A DNA stretch of 63,783 nt, the filler included. It is 7 parts of 7 records of this genome, joined end to end, with 100 filler letters (N's around TTAATTAATTAA, not from the genome) between each part and the next. Parts side by side here need not be neighbours in the genome. Positions count along the whole stretch, not along the records: positions 1 to 11,815 come from SRR31156797_28568; 6 more parts are not named here. One strand, written 5' to 3'. Each line of letters begins with the position of its first letter. Position 1 is the first letter of the stretch. This document shows positions 1-9,605 of this stretch, in pieces. The position numbers and the translations under genes were made by a program. Below the pieces are notes generated by a model. The model saw only the letters and a list, made by a program, of their open reading frames with translations. It did no database searches and was not told the DNA's origin.

Positions 1-625
1 AAAGTACAGGGAAAATTGTCGAAATCAGCCTTCAATCAAGGAATCCATAACTCTTAACCTGCTGAAATCACGTCTAAAATCCGGCAATTTCCCTACCCAA
101 CGGAACTGTGAATTTTTCTGAACGAACAGGGGAACCACAACCATTAAATGGAAAAGCCCTTTTTGCTGCGGGAAACCCGAGTTTTCCAGGCAAAAATGTT
201 TAAATGCCAGACCGGCAAACGCCAAATGCCGCCCGTTGCGACCCAGATATGACGCCTGTCCAGCCAAGAGTCTGAAATTTTGTGGATTTGTTTCGATAAA
301 GGTCAGGTGCCAATTGACCTTATTTCCTTATTTATTGTCAAATTCCGGGCCTGATACGACAACAGGAGTAAATTTGATCTAATCCGTGCCACAGGCATTG
401 GTGTCGAGCGATTTTGGCGGAAACGTTTTTCAAGCCGGATCGGAACGATTGGCACGATCCGACCGTCGCTTTCAATCGACGAGTTGATCGTCAGGCATTC
501 CGCCTTTTGCTATGATCGCCCCAACCCCGCCGGATGCGGCCCACGAAAACCATCGCCGGCCGCTTTCGATCGGACAGATCGATAAACGCCGGATCCGTAC
601 CGGCGGCAACCTGTTGAACGGCGCC

Positions 626-1546
626 ATGAGCTTCGATTTTCGCAAGATCCGCTATTTCATCGCCGTCTTCGAGGAAGGCAGCATCAGCCGGGCCGCTGAA
701 CGCGAGAATATCGCGCAGCCGGCGCTGTCCGTTCAGATCAAACAGCTCGAGGAAGAACTGTCGATCCAATTGTTCGAACGATCGCCGCAGGGCGTTCAAT
801 CGACACCGGCCGGACAGCATTTTTACAAACTCTGCTCCGATCTGCTCGGTGACCTTCAATCCATCCGTCAACAGATGCTGGATTTCGGCGGAACCGTCGC
901 CGGCGCGATCCGGGTCGGCGTCATGCCGTCGGTCTGCCGCGGCCCGTTCGCGACCGTTCTGGCTAAATATTCCGAGCTTTATCCCAATGTCGACATCAGC
1001 ATCGTCGAAGCGAACAGCAGCACCCTGGCCCGCGGCGTCATCCTCGGTGACCTGGATTTCGCCATCGGCAACCGCCCGGCTTCGCAAACAGATCTCAAGC
1101 TCCACCATCTGTTCAGCGACCGCATCATGCTGGTCTCGGGCCCGGCAACCAACCTTACCCCCTGGAAGCCGTTGGAACTCGCGCAGGTACCGGATCTCAA
1201 GCTCATCCTGCCGTCTTCCCAGCATTCCCTGCGCCGCATGCTGGACAAACACATCAAGACCGGGACCATTCGGCCGGCCCGCCTGATCGAGATCGACGGC
1301 CTCAGCGGCACAATGCATGTCGTCGAATCATCGGATTGGTCGACGGCGCTGCCAAGCGTAGCCGTCATCAACGATATCGATTCCGATCGTTTTATTCTGA
1401 ATCCGATAGAATCTCCGGAAATAACTTCGGATATTTACGAGATTCACTCGCCAGACAGACCTCTTTCGCTGCCATCAGAAAAATTCGTTCAAATGATACA
1501 TCAGGAATTACTTGATAATTCTCAAATTTTTATATCTAAATACTAG
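626..1546 (+). CDS. LysR-family transcriptional regulator (Nac/CynR-like)
   Basis: N-terminal HTH FDFRKIRYFIAVFEEGSISRAAERENIAQPALSVQIKQLEEEL followed by a substrate-binding domain; start moved from 512 to ATG 626, where the LysR homology begins. Confidence 0.93.
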   Translation: MSFDFRKIRYFIAVFEEGSISRAAERENIAQPALSVQIKQLEEELSIQLFERSPQGVQSTPAGQHFYKLCSDLLGDLQSIRQQMLDFGGTVAGAIRVGVMPSVCRGPFATVLAKYSELYPNVDISIVEANSSTLARGVILGDLDFAIGNRPASQTDLKLHHLFSDRIMLVSGPATNLTPWKPLELAQVPDLKLILPSSQHSLRRMLDKHIKTGTIRPARLIEIDGLSGTMHVVESSDWSTALPSVAVINDIDSDRFILNPIESPEITSDIYEIHSPDRPLSLPSEKFVQMIHQELLDNSQIFISKY

Positions 1547-1580
1547 TTATATAAAAAATATATACCCGATATACATCGTT
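1547..1580. promoter_or_regulatory. Putative LysR binding site and AT-rich promoter region for the SDR operon
   Basis: ATATA-aaaaa-TATAT inverted repeat containing T-N11-A, in a very AT-rich intergenic region of a GC-rich contig. Confidence 0.4.
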
Positions 1581-1701
1581 AAAATTAGCAATAATCCACA
1601 AAATATATTCAAATACTCTCCGGAATGACAGCCGTTACGAACGGCGAATGTTCGGCACGCCGCGCTTGGCCGCGCCGTCATTGGATGAACGGGAGAACAG
1701 C

Positions 1702-2454
1702 ATGCGATTGAAGGATAAAGTCGTTATCGTCACCGGCGGCGCCCGCGGAATGGGCCGGGCCTACTGCATCGGCCTCGCCCGCGAAGGGGCCAAGGTTGTC
1801 GTCAATTACGCCAACCGCGCCGATGCGGCCGAGGAAGTCGTCAATATCATTACCCAGGCCGGCGGCGAGGCGGTGCCATTCAAGGCCGATGTCGGCACCA
1901 AGGCCGAAGTCGAAAATATGGTCGACTTCGCGGTCGAGAAATATGGCCGGCTCGATGTCATGGTCAGCAACGCCGGCTTGGTCCATAAGGCTGCCCTGCT
2001 GGACAACACCGAAGAGGACATCGACCGGATCATCCATACCAACGTCAAGGGCAACATCTTCTGCACCCAGGCGGCGGCGCGGGTGATGATGCCGCAGAAG
2101 TCCGGCAAGATCCTTTTGTGCGCTTCGATCGTCGCCGTCGTCGGTGAACCGTTGCTGTCGGTTTACACGGCCTCGAAGGGGGCAATTCTCGCCTACATGC
2201 GCGCTGCCGCGTTGGAACTGGCCCCCCACCAGATCAACGTCAACTGCGTGCTGCCCGGCACGACCAAGACCGACATGTCGAAGGACGTCATTGCCGATCC
2301 GATCGTGAAGAAAGCCCTGGTCGATCCGATTCCGCTGGGTCGTCTCGGCACGCCCGAGGATCTCGTCGGCATCGTCCTCTATCTATCCTCCGACGAGGCG
2401 GTGTGGACGACCGGTCAGAGCTTCATCGTCGACGGCGGTCACACGACCAAATAA
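1702..2454 (+). CDS. SDR-family oxidoreductase (FabG/glucose 1-dehydrogenase-like)
   Basis: TGGARGMG, SNAG and YTASK motifs; RBS GGGAGA before ATG 1702. Confidence 0.93.
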   Translation: MRLKDKVVIVTGGARGMGRAYCIGLAREGAKVVVNYANRADAAEEVVNIITQAGGEAVPFKADVGTKAEVENMVDFAVEKYGRLDVMVSNAGLVHKAALLDNTEEDIDRIIHTNVKGNIFCTQAAARVMMPQKSGKILLCASIVAVVGEPLLSVYTASKGAILAYMRAAALELAPHQINVNCVLPGTTKTDMSKDVIADPIVKKALVDPIPLGRLGTPEDLVGIVLYLSSDEAVWTTGQSFIVDGGHTTK

Positions 2455-2466
2455 ACCTCCGGCCCC

Positions 2467-2497
2467 GGCGTCCCGGTTTCCTATTGGCCGGGACGCC
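2467..2497. other. Intergenic GC-rich hairpin without a U tail
   Basis: GGCGTCCCGG...CCGGGACGCC perfect 10-bp inverted repeat. Confidence 0.6.
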
Positions 2498-2555
2498 CCG
2501 GTCCAACGATTCGGCGTTTTGAAATGGATGAGCGTGTACGGATAGGAGCGATGTT

Positions 2556-2864
2556 ATGGACGGCATGATCACCCTGATGGTTCATCTGCAGGCCAAACCC
2601 GGAAAGGCGGACGATCTCGAGGCCGCTTTGCAGGATCTGGTGGTGCATGCAAGGCAGGAGGTCGGCTGTGTCGACTTTCACTTCCACCGCGACGTCGACG
2701 ATTCGAACCATTTCGCGTTTTACGAAAACTGGCGGTCGCAGAAGGACTTCGATACGCACCTGCAGCAACCGATCCAGGGAGAATTCGCCAAGATCAGCAA
2801 ACCCTTGCTGGCTAAGGATATCGATCTCCAGTTCTATGAAATGAGGAGCCCATTCGACAGATAA
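2556..2864 (+). CDS. ABM-domain putative quinol monooxygenase (YgiN-like)
   Basis: AKPGK...RQEVGC..F..H.D......F.FYENW.S...F..HL pattern, 102 aa. Confidence 0.88.
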   Translation: MDGMITLMVHLQAKPGKADDLEAALQDLVVHARQEVGCVDFHFHRDVDDSNHFAFYENWRSQKDFDTHLQQPIQGEFAKISKPLLAKDIDLQFYEMRSPFDR

Positions 2865-2883
2865 CAAAAAGCCTGACCCTGTT

Positions 2884-2915
2884 GCGGGCGGCTCCATGGG
2901 GTCGCCCGCCTTTTT
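2884..2915 (+). terminator. Rho-independent terminator
   Basis: GCGGGCGG...TCGCCCGC stem followed by TTTTT. Confidence 0.6.
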
Positions 2916-2982
2916 CGGATTTCCCCGATCGGCGAACCTGATCGGGCATTTGGCGTTTGTCGAGCAACGAAGGGAGAATGAG

Positions 2983-3867
2983 ATGAAAATCGGGGTTGCC
3001 GGACTGGGGCGCATGGGCGCCGCCATCGCGAAGCGTCTCATCGACGTCGATCATCAAGTGGTCGTCTGGAATCGTTCGCCGGAAAAGATTGTTCCGTTGG
3101 CCGACGCCGGTGCGGCGGTTGCGGCATCGCCGGCGGAATTGGTCGAGCAGGTCGAGGCGGTTATCACGATCCTGACCGATGCCGATGCCATCGACGCCGT
3201 CTATCGGGGTGAGCAGGGACTGCTTTCCGCCGGCGGCCCCGGCAAATTGTTCATCGACATGAGCACGGTGCGGCCCGAGACCGAAGTCGCGCTGGCCACC
3301 GACGTCGCGGCAACGGGAGCCTCCTTCGTCGAATGCCCAGTCGGCGGCACCGTCGGACCGGCCCTTTCCGGCAAGCTTCTCGGCGTCGCCGGTGCGCCCG
3401 AGGCCGATTTCGCAAAAGCGAAGCCGATCCTCGGACAATTGTGCCGCCGGGTCGATCGGGTCGGCGCCGTCGGTGCCGGCGCCAGCATGAAGCTGGCGAT
3501 CAATCTGCCGCTTGCCATTTCCTGGCAGGCCCTCGGCGAGGCCTATGCCCTGTGCCGGCATCTTGGCGCCGATCCCGGCTGGCTCATGGAATTGTTCGCC
3601 GATACCTCGGGCGGGACCAATGTGCTCAAGGTCCGCGGCACCAACGTCGCCAAGGCGCTTCAGGGAGACGAGCCCGGATCGGCGACCTTCGACTGCGACG
3701 GTGTGCGCAAGGACCTGCGGACCATGATCGCCGAGGCAAAATCGCAGGGGTTCGCCTTGCCGCTGACCGAAAAAACCCTGGCCATCTACGACGAAGCCAG
3801 CGAAGCCGGCTGGGGATTGCGCGACTGTGTCGAACTGCCCGCCTATTGGACGAACCGCAAAAACTGA
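2983..3867 (+). CDS. NAD(P)-dependent beta-hydroxyacid dehydrogenase (3-hydroxyisobutyrate DH family)
   Basis: MKIGVAGLGRMG, WNRS, DMST, ECPVGGT and MKLAIN motifs; RBS AGGGAG before ATG 2983. Confidence 0.9.
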   Translation: MKIGVAGLGRMGAAIAKRLIDVDHQVVVWNRSPEKIVPLADAGAAVAASPAELVEQVEAVITILTDADAIDAVYRGEQGLLSAGGPGKLFIDMSTVRPETEVALATDVAATGASFVECPVGGTVGPALSGKLLGVAGAPEADFAKAKPILGQLCRRVDRVGAVGAGASMKLAINLPLAISWQALGEAYALCRHLGADPGWLMELFADTSGGTNVLKVRGTNVAKALQGDEPGSATFDCDGVRKDLRTMIAEAKSQGFALPLTEKTLAIYDEASEAGWGLRDCVELPAYWTNRKN

Positions 3868-3890
3868 TACCGAAGCGGAGGAGACGAACC

Positions 3891-4790
3891 GTGCCTGACA
3901 CATCCGAAAAGTCCGTTGGGATCATCGGCCTCGGCATCATGGGTTCGGCGATGACCAAAAATCTGATCGAGGCCGGATTCACGGTTTTCGGTTACGATAT
4001 ATCGGCTTCGGCCATGGACGCTTTCAAGCAGGCCGGCGGCAAGGGCGTCGGCTCGGCCGTCGAGGCGGCACAAAACACCGCCATGCTGATTACCTGCCTG
4101 CCGGCGTCCGGAGCCCTGCACGATACCGTCGCCGCGCTGCGGGACCTGCCCCCGGACGAACGCATCCTGGCCGAAACCAGCACCTTCGCGCTCGACGACA
4201 AACTTGCCGCCCAGGCCGAACTCGAAAAGGCCGGGATCGTTGCGCTCGATTGTCCTCTTTCCGGGTCCGGGGTCCAGGCCCTCGAACGCGACGTCCTGGT
4301 CTACGGCAGCGGTCCGAAGGAAGCCTATGACCGCTTTCTGCCCATCTTCGAGGGATTTTCGCGGGCGCCGCATTATCTGGGGGACTTCGGAAACGGCTCG
4401 AAGGCCAAATACATCGCCAACCTGCTGGTTGCCATTCACACGGTCGCCGCCGGAGAAGCCTTTGCGTTGGCGCGAAAAGCCGGGCTCGATCCGGAAAAGA
4501 CCTTCGAGGTGGTCAGCGACGGCGCCGGCGGATCGAGCTCGATGAAGGTTCGCGGCCCCATGCTGATCGCCGACGAATACCTGCCGATCCGCACCATGCC
4601 GCTCAATCTGTGGCGCAAGGATCTACGCGTCATCGGCGAATTCGCCAACACCGTATGTTGCCCGACACCCATGTTCGCGACCGCATCGTCGCTTTTCAGC
4701 GCCGCGGTGGCGTCCGGATACGGTGAACAGGACACCGCCGCCGTCTGTCGGTTGCTGGAGAATATGGCCGGCATTCCGGCAAAGGATTAA
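3891..4790 (+). CDS. Second beta-hydroxyacid dehydrogenase (L-threonate DH/MmsB-like)
   Basis: GIIGLGIMG, DCPLSGS and KYIANLLV motifs; likely start GTG 3891 after GGAGGAG (the 3333 start is an ORF over-extension). Confidence 0.9.
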   Translation: MPDTSEKSVGIIGLGIMGSAMTKNLIEAGFTVFGYDISASAMDAFKQAGGKGVGSAVEAAQNTAMLITCLPASGALHDTVAALRDLPPDERILAETSTFALDDKLAAQAELEKAGIVALDCPLSGSGVQALERDVLVYGSGPKEAYDRFLPIFEGFSRAPHYLGDFGNGSKAKYIANLLVAIHTVAAGEAFALARKAGLDPEKTFEVVSDGAGGSSSMKVRGPMLIADEYLPIRTMPLNLWRKDLRVIGEFANTVCCPTPMFATASSLFSAAVASGYGEQDTAAVCRLLENMAGIPAKD

Positions 4791-4799
4791 CCGTACCGG

Positions 4800-5693
4800 C
4801 TAGATACGTTCGTTGAATCGCAGCTCGTTGAGACGCCGCTTCATCAGGGAGAAGCGTTCCATATGCTCGGCCCCGCCCTGCAGCGCGACCGCCGTCGACA
4901 GGACATCGATAACAACAAGCGCGGCGATACGCGAAATGGTCGGGGTGTAGATGTTGGTGTTATCCAGCGTCTCAACGATTACGGAAACGTCGCAATAGGT
5001 AACCAGCGGCGAATCCGATCCCGTGATGCCGATGACCTTGGCTCCGCTTTCCCGGGCCGTACGGGCGATCTCGATGACCGAGCGGGTCTTGCCCGTATTC
5101 GAAATAACGACGGCAACATCTCCGGGCCGCAACATCGACGCCACCATGATTTGCTGGTGGGAATCGACCTGCGCCCCGCAGGGGATGCCAAACAAAGGAA
5201 ATTTCTGCTGCGCATCGCTGGCAACGATGCCGGAAGCGCCAAATCCAAAGAACTCGATGTAATTGGCCTTCTGCAGCAATTCGATGGCCTTCTTGAGAGC
5301 TTCCTTGTCGAGATGATGCCGGGCCCAATCCAGGCTGGTGATCGTATAGTCGAAAATCTTTTCGACAACGGCTTCGGGCGGATCGGTGTCGAGCAGTACG
5401 GAGTGCGTCGCCGGTGTACCGAGAGCCAGGCTCTGGGCCAGTCGGATCTTGAATTCCTGAAAGCCGGAACAGCCAACCGCCGTGCAGAACCGGATCACCG
5501 TCGGCTGGCTGACCTTGGCAATAACCGCCGTTTCGGCAACCGTCGCATTCATGATCTGGTGCGGATCCTCAAGGACGACGTCCGCGACCTTGCGGTCGGA
5601 CTTGCGCAACACGGGCCGCTGGGTGCGTATGACCTCGATGATGTTCTGCGCCGATACCGTTGCCCGTTGGTTCGTTTGCTGGTCGTGCTGCAT
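4800..5693 (-). CDS. RpiR/HexR-family regulator (HTH + SIS)
   Basis: RKSDRKVA, VSQPTVIRFC, GFQEFKIRLAQSLA, FFGFGAS and ISNTG motifs. Confidence 0.92.
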   Translation of the reverse strand: MQHDQQTNQRATVSAQNIIEVIRTQRPVLRKSDRKVADVVLEDPHQIMNATVAETAVIAKVSQPTVIRFCTAVGCSGFQEFKIRLAQSLALGTPATHSVLLDTDPPEAVVEKIFDYTITSLDWARHHLDKEALKKAIELLQKANYIEFFGFGASGIVASDAQQKFPLFGIPCGAQVDSHQQIMVASMLRPGDVAVVISNTGKTRSVIEIARTARESGAKVIGITGSDSPLVTYCDVSVIVETLDNTNIYTPTISRIAALVVIDVLSTAVALQGGAEHMERFSLMKRRLNELRFNERI

Positions 5694-5728
5694 TCTGTTT
5701 CACCTCTGTTGGCCGATCACCCGACAGG

Positions 5729-6601
5729 CTATGTAATTCGCAACCCGTATTCAACCTGCGTCCGCGCCCGCATCAGGCGGACGGGTAAATCGGTTTCGGC
5801 CGCCCGGCGATCGATTTCCTCCGGCGGAACCGTATTAAAGGAAAACATCCCGTAGTGATGGGCGATCATTGCCGGGACACCGCTTGCCGCACTCAGGTCG
5901 ACGGCCTCGTCCAGACTGAGATTTCCGGGCACGCCCGCCAAACGCAAAGCGTCCGATCGGCCATTGACCGGAAACAAGGCAAGATCCGGCTGCAGACCGG
6001 CGAGTTCTTCGGCATATCCCGAAAACGGCACCGTATCGCCGGAATGCACAATTCGGATACCGGAAACCTCGATGACGTACCCGAGGAAAACGTGCCTGCC
6101 TTCGGCATCCGTCTGCAGGTCCTCGTGAGCGGCGCGAATCGCCGTTATCGCAATCCCCGGCAATGGCGATATCGTCTTCCCGGCGTCAAGCGGCCAAAGC
6201 CGACGGTCATCGACCCCGATGCGCGTTTTGGCTTCGGCGCGCGCAGCCTCGGGTACGACAAAATGCACGCGTCGGTCGGCCGCTGCCAGGGGCCCGAGAG
6301 TCTGCGGATCCATATGGTCGGTATGGTGATGCGTGCACAGGACAAGATCGACCGGCCCGAGGTCGGCCGGCGTCACCGGTGACGGCATCATGCGTTCATG
6401 GGAGAATTTCTTTCCCCGGTATTTTTCGGCCAGGGAATCCGAAAGATAGGGATCGACAACCAGCCGCATACCGCCGGCTTTGAAGACAAAACCGGCCTGA
6501 CCGAGCCAATAGAAAGCGATCGAAGAACGGGTCGCCTCCCCCAACCGTCGTGCAAGCGGCTCGGTGAAAGAGATTTCGCGGATTTCAACCGGCATGGACA
6601 C
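5729..6601 (-). CDS. MBL-fold hydrolase, UlaG (L-ascorbate-6-P lactonase)-like
   Basis: WLGQAGF, DPYLSD, THHHTDHMD, HSGDT and HHYGMF motifs. Confidence 0.88.
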   Translation of the reverse strand: MSMPVEIREISFTEPLARRLGEATRSSIAFYWLGQAGFVFKAGGMRLVVDPYLSDSLAEKYRGKKFSHERMMPSPVTPADLGPVDLVLCTHHHTDHMDPQTLGPLAAADRRVHFVVPEAARAEAKTRIGVDDRRLWPLDAGKTISPLPGIAITAIRAAHEDLQTDAEGRHVFLGYVIEVSGIRIVHSGDTVPFSGYAEELAGLQPDLALFPVNGRSDALRLAGVPGNLSLDEAVDLSAASGVPAMIAHHYGMFSFNTVPPEEIDRRAAETDLPVRLMRARTQVEYGLRIT

Positions 6602-7538
6602 TGGTCGGATGTCGCAATACCTGGAGCAGGTTGGCTACGGCCATCTCGACGGCCCGGTCGACGCTTTCATGGGTGAACCCGCCGATATGGCTGGTTGCGA
6701 TCACCTTCGGATGCTCCGCCAGGGCAAGGGACTGCGGCGGTTCCTGCGTGAACACATCGGTCGCGTAGACGCCAAGCCGGCCTTCGTTCAAACCGTCGAG
6801 GACGGCGGTCTCGTCGATGAGCGAAGCCCGTGCCGTATTAATCAAAACCGCACCGTCGCGCATTCTTGAAACCGCTTTCCGGTCAATCAGCGGGCTGCCG
6901 TCCTGTGGCGAGGGGCAATGGAGGCTGACGATATCGGCTTTGGCTAAAATGGTGTCGACGGGCGCCCAACTGACCTGCTCGGCCGGCAACCCCAGTTCGG
7001 GATAGAGCGGGTCATAGGCCATGACCCGGGCCCCCAGTGCACTGGCAAGACGCGCAACTTCGCGCCCGATCGCGCCGCAACCGACGACGCCGACCGTCCG
7101 GTCGCGGATTTCGGATCCCTTGTGGCGCGGCCATCCGCCGGATTTGATGCCGGCGTCGGTGGCCGGGATATGCCTCAGTCCTGCCAGCATCAAACCGATG
7201 GCCAACTCGGCAACGCCAGCCGAATTGGCGCCGTTGGCGGTAACTACGGCAATGGCCCGCTCGGCCAGCAGGGAAAGCGGAAAATTGTCGACGCCGACGC
7301 CGTTTCGGCTGATAACGCGTAAATCCGTCGCCGAATCGATCACCGACGGCGAAACCGGTTCGACACCCGCCAACCAGCCGACACAGCCCGGCACCAGGTC
7401 GATCAGTTCCGCCTCGTCCGGCATCGTGCCGGGAGTCGAAAGCACGACCTCAAAGCCGGCCGCTTCCAGTTTGCCGAGGGCAGGATGACCGCTTCCGGTC
7501 AGCGAACGAGGTGTTACGAGGATGCGTCCCTTGGCCAT
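6585..7538 (-). CDS. D-2-hydroxyacid dehydrogenase (SerA-like, no ACT domain)
   Basis: RNGVGVDN, GCGAIG, INTAR, DVF..EP and SHIGG motifs. Confidence 0.92.
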   Translation of the reverse strand: MAKGRILVTPRSLTGSGHPALGKLEAAGFEVVLSTPGTMPDEAELIDLVPGCVGWLAGVEPVSPSVIDSATDLRVISRNGVGVDNFPLSLLAERAIAVVTANGANSAGVAELAIGLMLAGLRHIPATDAGIKSGGWPRHKGSEIRDRTVGVVGCGAIGREVARLASALGARVMAYDPLYPELGLPAEQVSWAPVDTILAKADIVSLHCPSPQDGSPLIDRKAVSRMRDGAVLINTARASLIDETAVLDGLNEGRLGVYATDVFTQEPPQSLALAEHPKVIATSHIGGFTHESVDRAVEMAVANLLQVLRHPTSVHAG

Positions 7539-7542
7539 TATT

Positions 7543-8499
7543 TTATACCGCCTTCGCCACCCGGGCGGCGATTACCGACAACTCGTCAAACTGCGGACCG
7601 GAGGCAGCAATGGGAATGTCGAACACTTCCGCGATCACCTGCGTCCAACCGTGCAGGAAATAGGTCCATCCGTCCTCGACCTGCAGCGTTCTCGTGCCTT
7701 GCTGACGACGCGCCTGGTCCAGGAAAACAAGATCACCGCGATAGTTCAGGTCCCAGGCAATCCCGCGTTCGGGAAAAACCGCGGCATCGGTTATCGGCGA
7801 ACCCGGCGCATCCTTTCCGAGACCGGTCGCATTGATGACGAGCGATCCGGGTTTCAGCCCGCCGACGATATCATCGTTTCCGGCTGGGTCCGGCGCATGC
7901 ACGTATTCGACGGGTACGGACGAATCGATCTTTTTGTGGATTTCCGCCAACGCGTCGAGCCTCGGGCGGCTTCGGTTTGCTACGACGATCCTGGACGGGA
8001 CGTCGTCGCCGCGTTCCCGGCGCATCAGATGCCAGGTCAGCGCGATGGTGGAGCCTCCGGCCCCCATCGACAAAAGTTCGGCTCCGGTTTGCGCAAAATA
8101 GTTTTCAGGCAAAAAGCCATCGATGGAAAGGCCGGAAGAAATCGGGTCCTTGGCATGGCAACGGAACCGGCCGTTCCGTTTCGACAGGCAGCTTGTTTCT
8201 CCCATCAGTTCGGCGAACCGGTCGACTTCGTCGAACATATCGCCGCAAGCCTGAAACAGGTCGATCTTGTGGGTCGTCACGAGCGCCCCGAGCGACAGCG
8301 GATCGTTCTTGATAAAGGTAACGGCGTCACGATAGGCCGCCGGATCGGCATGCAATGGAAAATCCATTCCGACGATCTCGGCATCTTCGAGCCCGAGGAA
8401 CTCCGCCCACGCCGGAAAAACCTTCATGATCGAGCTTTTCGCCGTCGTTACGCCGATGAAATAGATGACCGGTCTGGACGCCGGATTGTATGTCGTCAC
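7543..8499 (-). CDS. Shikimate-dehydrogenase-like oxidoreductase of unknown substrate
   Basis: FIGVTT.KSSI, VTTHK, MGAGGS, NRS, INATGLG and WDLNYRG motifs; diverges from canonical AroE. Confidence 0.8.
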   Translation of the reverse strand: MTTYNPASRPVIYFIGVTTAKSSIMKVFPAWAEFLGLEDAEIVGMDFPLHADPAAYRDAVTFIKNDPLSLGALVTTHKIDLFQACGDMFDEVDRFAELMGETSCLSKRNGRFRCHAKDPISSGLSIDGFLPENYFAQTGAELLSMGAGGSTIALTWHLMRRERGDDVPSRIVVANRSRPRLDALAEIHKKIDSSVPVEYVHAPDPAGNDDIVGGLKPGSLVINATGLGKDAPGSPITDAAVFPERGIAWDLNYRGDLVFLDQARRQQGTRTLQVEDGWTYFLHGWTQVIAEVFDIPIAASGPQFDELSVIAARVAKAV

Positions 8500-8702
8500 G
8501 CGACGATCTCCTTCGGTTTTCCGCCTAATTCAGCCGCGTTGCCGGGAGCCTCCAAAAACCGAGTGAGGGTCGGTCTGCTGCCATGCATACCGGTCACGAA
8601 GTTTCGAAATTCCCCCTTTATTGCTGTCGCTGACATGGTGCGGGCGTCCCCGATTTTGTTCTTGAATTGGACCATAGATTAAGGCTTTCCCTTGCATCCG
8701 CA

Positions 8703-9329
8703 TCAGTTCGGCTGGGTGAAGATGCGCGTGATCTCCTCTTCCGATCGCAGGTTGTACTGCGCGTTTTCGATCACCGCCCAACCGCCCGCACCGTCGTCGG
8801 CAATGCGTGAGCGCATACCGTTGGAGCGCGCGATAATGTCATAATCCTGACCTGAATCGGCAGGATAGGCGAACATCATCACAAAATCTCTATCACCGGT
8901 ATTCACTGAACGGTGGATCCAGTAGGGAGGCACATAGCAGATTGTTTGTGGACCGATTTCGACGACCCTGGTTTCCCCTTTCGGCGACTCCATCAACATC
9001 ACCCCTTGCCCGACCTGCCCGTAATAGACCTCGGGTCGATCGGGATTTCCGTGAATATGGCCGCGCGTCATGAAGTACTCGCGCCCGACCTTTCCCGGTA
9101 TCATGCGGGTAACGCCGAATATCATGTCGCCGGGCGCACTCGAAGGCTGGCAAGCAGTCACCTCGTAGACCACGGAATCGCCAAGCACCTCAAGCTTTGC
9201 CGCAAAGGCGGCATCGTCTTCATAGAGTCCTGCGAGATCCCGGAAGGTTTTCGTATATCGGTCTGAGGCACCGTTCAGGACACCCTTCTCGAGAGACACA
9301 TGTTGGCTGATTGGCTCACGAATTTTCAT
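8703..9329 (-). CDS. Cupin-type (archaeal-type) glucose-6-phosphate isomerase family protein
   Basis: PGKVGREYFMTRGHIH, EVYY.Q.G.G, YVPPYWIHRSVNTG and YPADSGQDY motifs. Confidence 0.9.
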   Translation of the reverse strand: MKIREPISQHVSLEKGVLNGASDRYTKTFRDLAGLYEDDAAFAAKLEVLGDSVVYEVTACQPSSAPGDMIFGVTRMIPGKVGREYFMTRGHIHGNPDRPEVYYGQVGQGVMLMESPKGETRVVEIGPQTICYVPPYWIHRSVNTGDRDFVMMFAYPADSGQDYDIIARSNGMRSRIADDGAGGWAVIENAQYNLRSEEEITRIFTQPN

Positions 9330-9350
9330 CTAGACCGACCCCACACATTT

Positions 9351-9365
9351 TGTAGCAAAATTACA
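9351..9365. promoter_or_regulatory. HexR-type operator in the divergent promoter
   Basis: TGTA-GCAAAAT-TACA (TGTA-N7-TACA); a weaker half match TGTAGCTATACTCC lies near 9454; a HexR-like gene is in the same cluster. Confidence 0.6.
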
Positions 9366-9605
9366 CATAAGGTTTTATAATTCGTTATATAGCTAAAATA
9401 TAGGAGAAAATCTTCCGTTACGCCATATTTTTGTTGATGAAAGATCAGAATTTTGTAGCTATACTCCTGATTCGGCGCAAATGAATGGCTGGCGCCGTCG
9501 CCGTGGGATGCGCTATTGTCATCTTCGCTGGTGCGGGTAAACCGATGTCATGCCGAATCGGAAAACCCGACGCCGCTTGATAAGAAAAGGGGGGTGCGTT
9601 CGGCC

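Noticed and set aside
3333-3890. Apparent 485-aa fusion ORF
   Set aside because: The Arg-rich N-terminal part is an off-frame overlap of the upstream gene; the likely start is GTG 3891 with a strong RBS
8500-8702. 200-nt gap in the sugar operon as a possible gene remnant
   Set aside because: No recognisable homology in the frames I read
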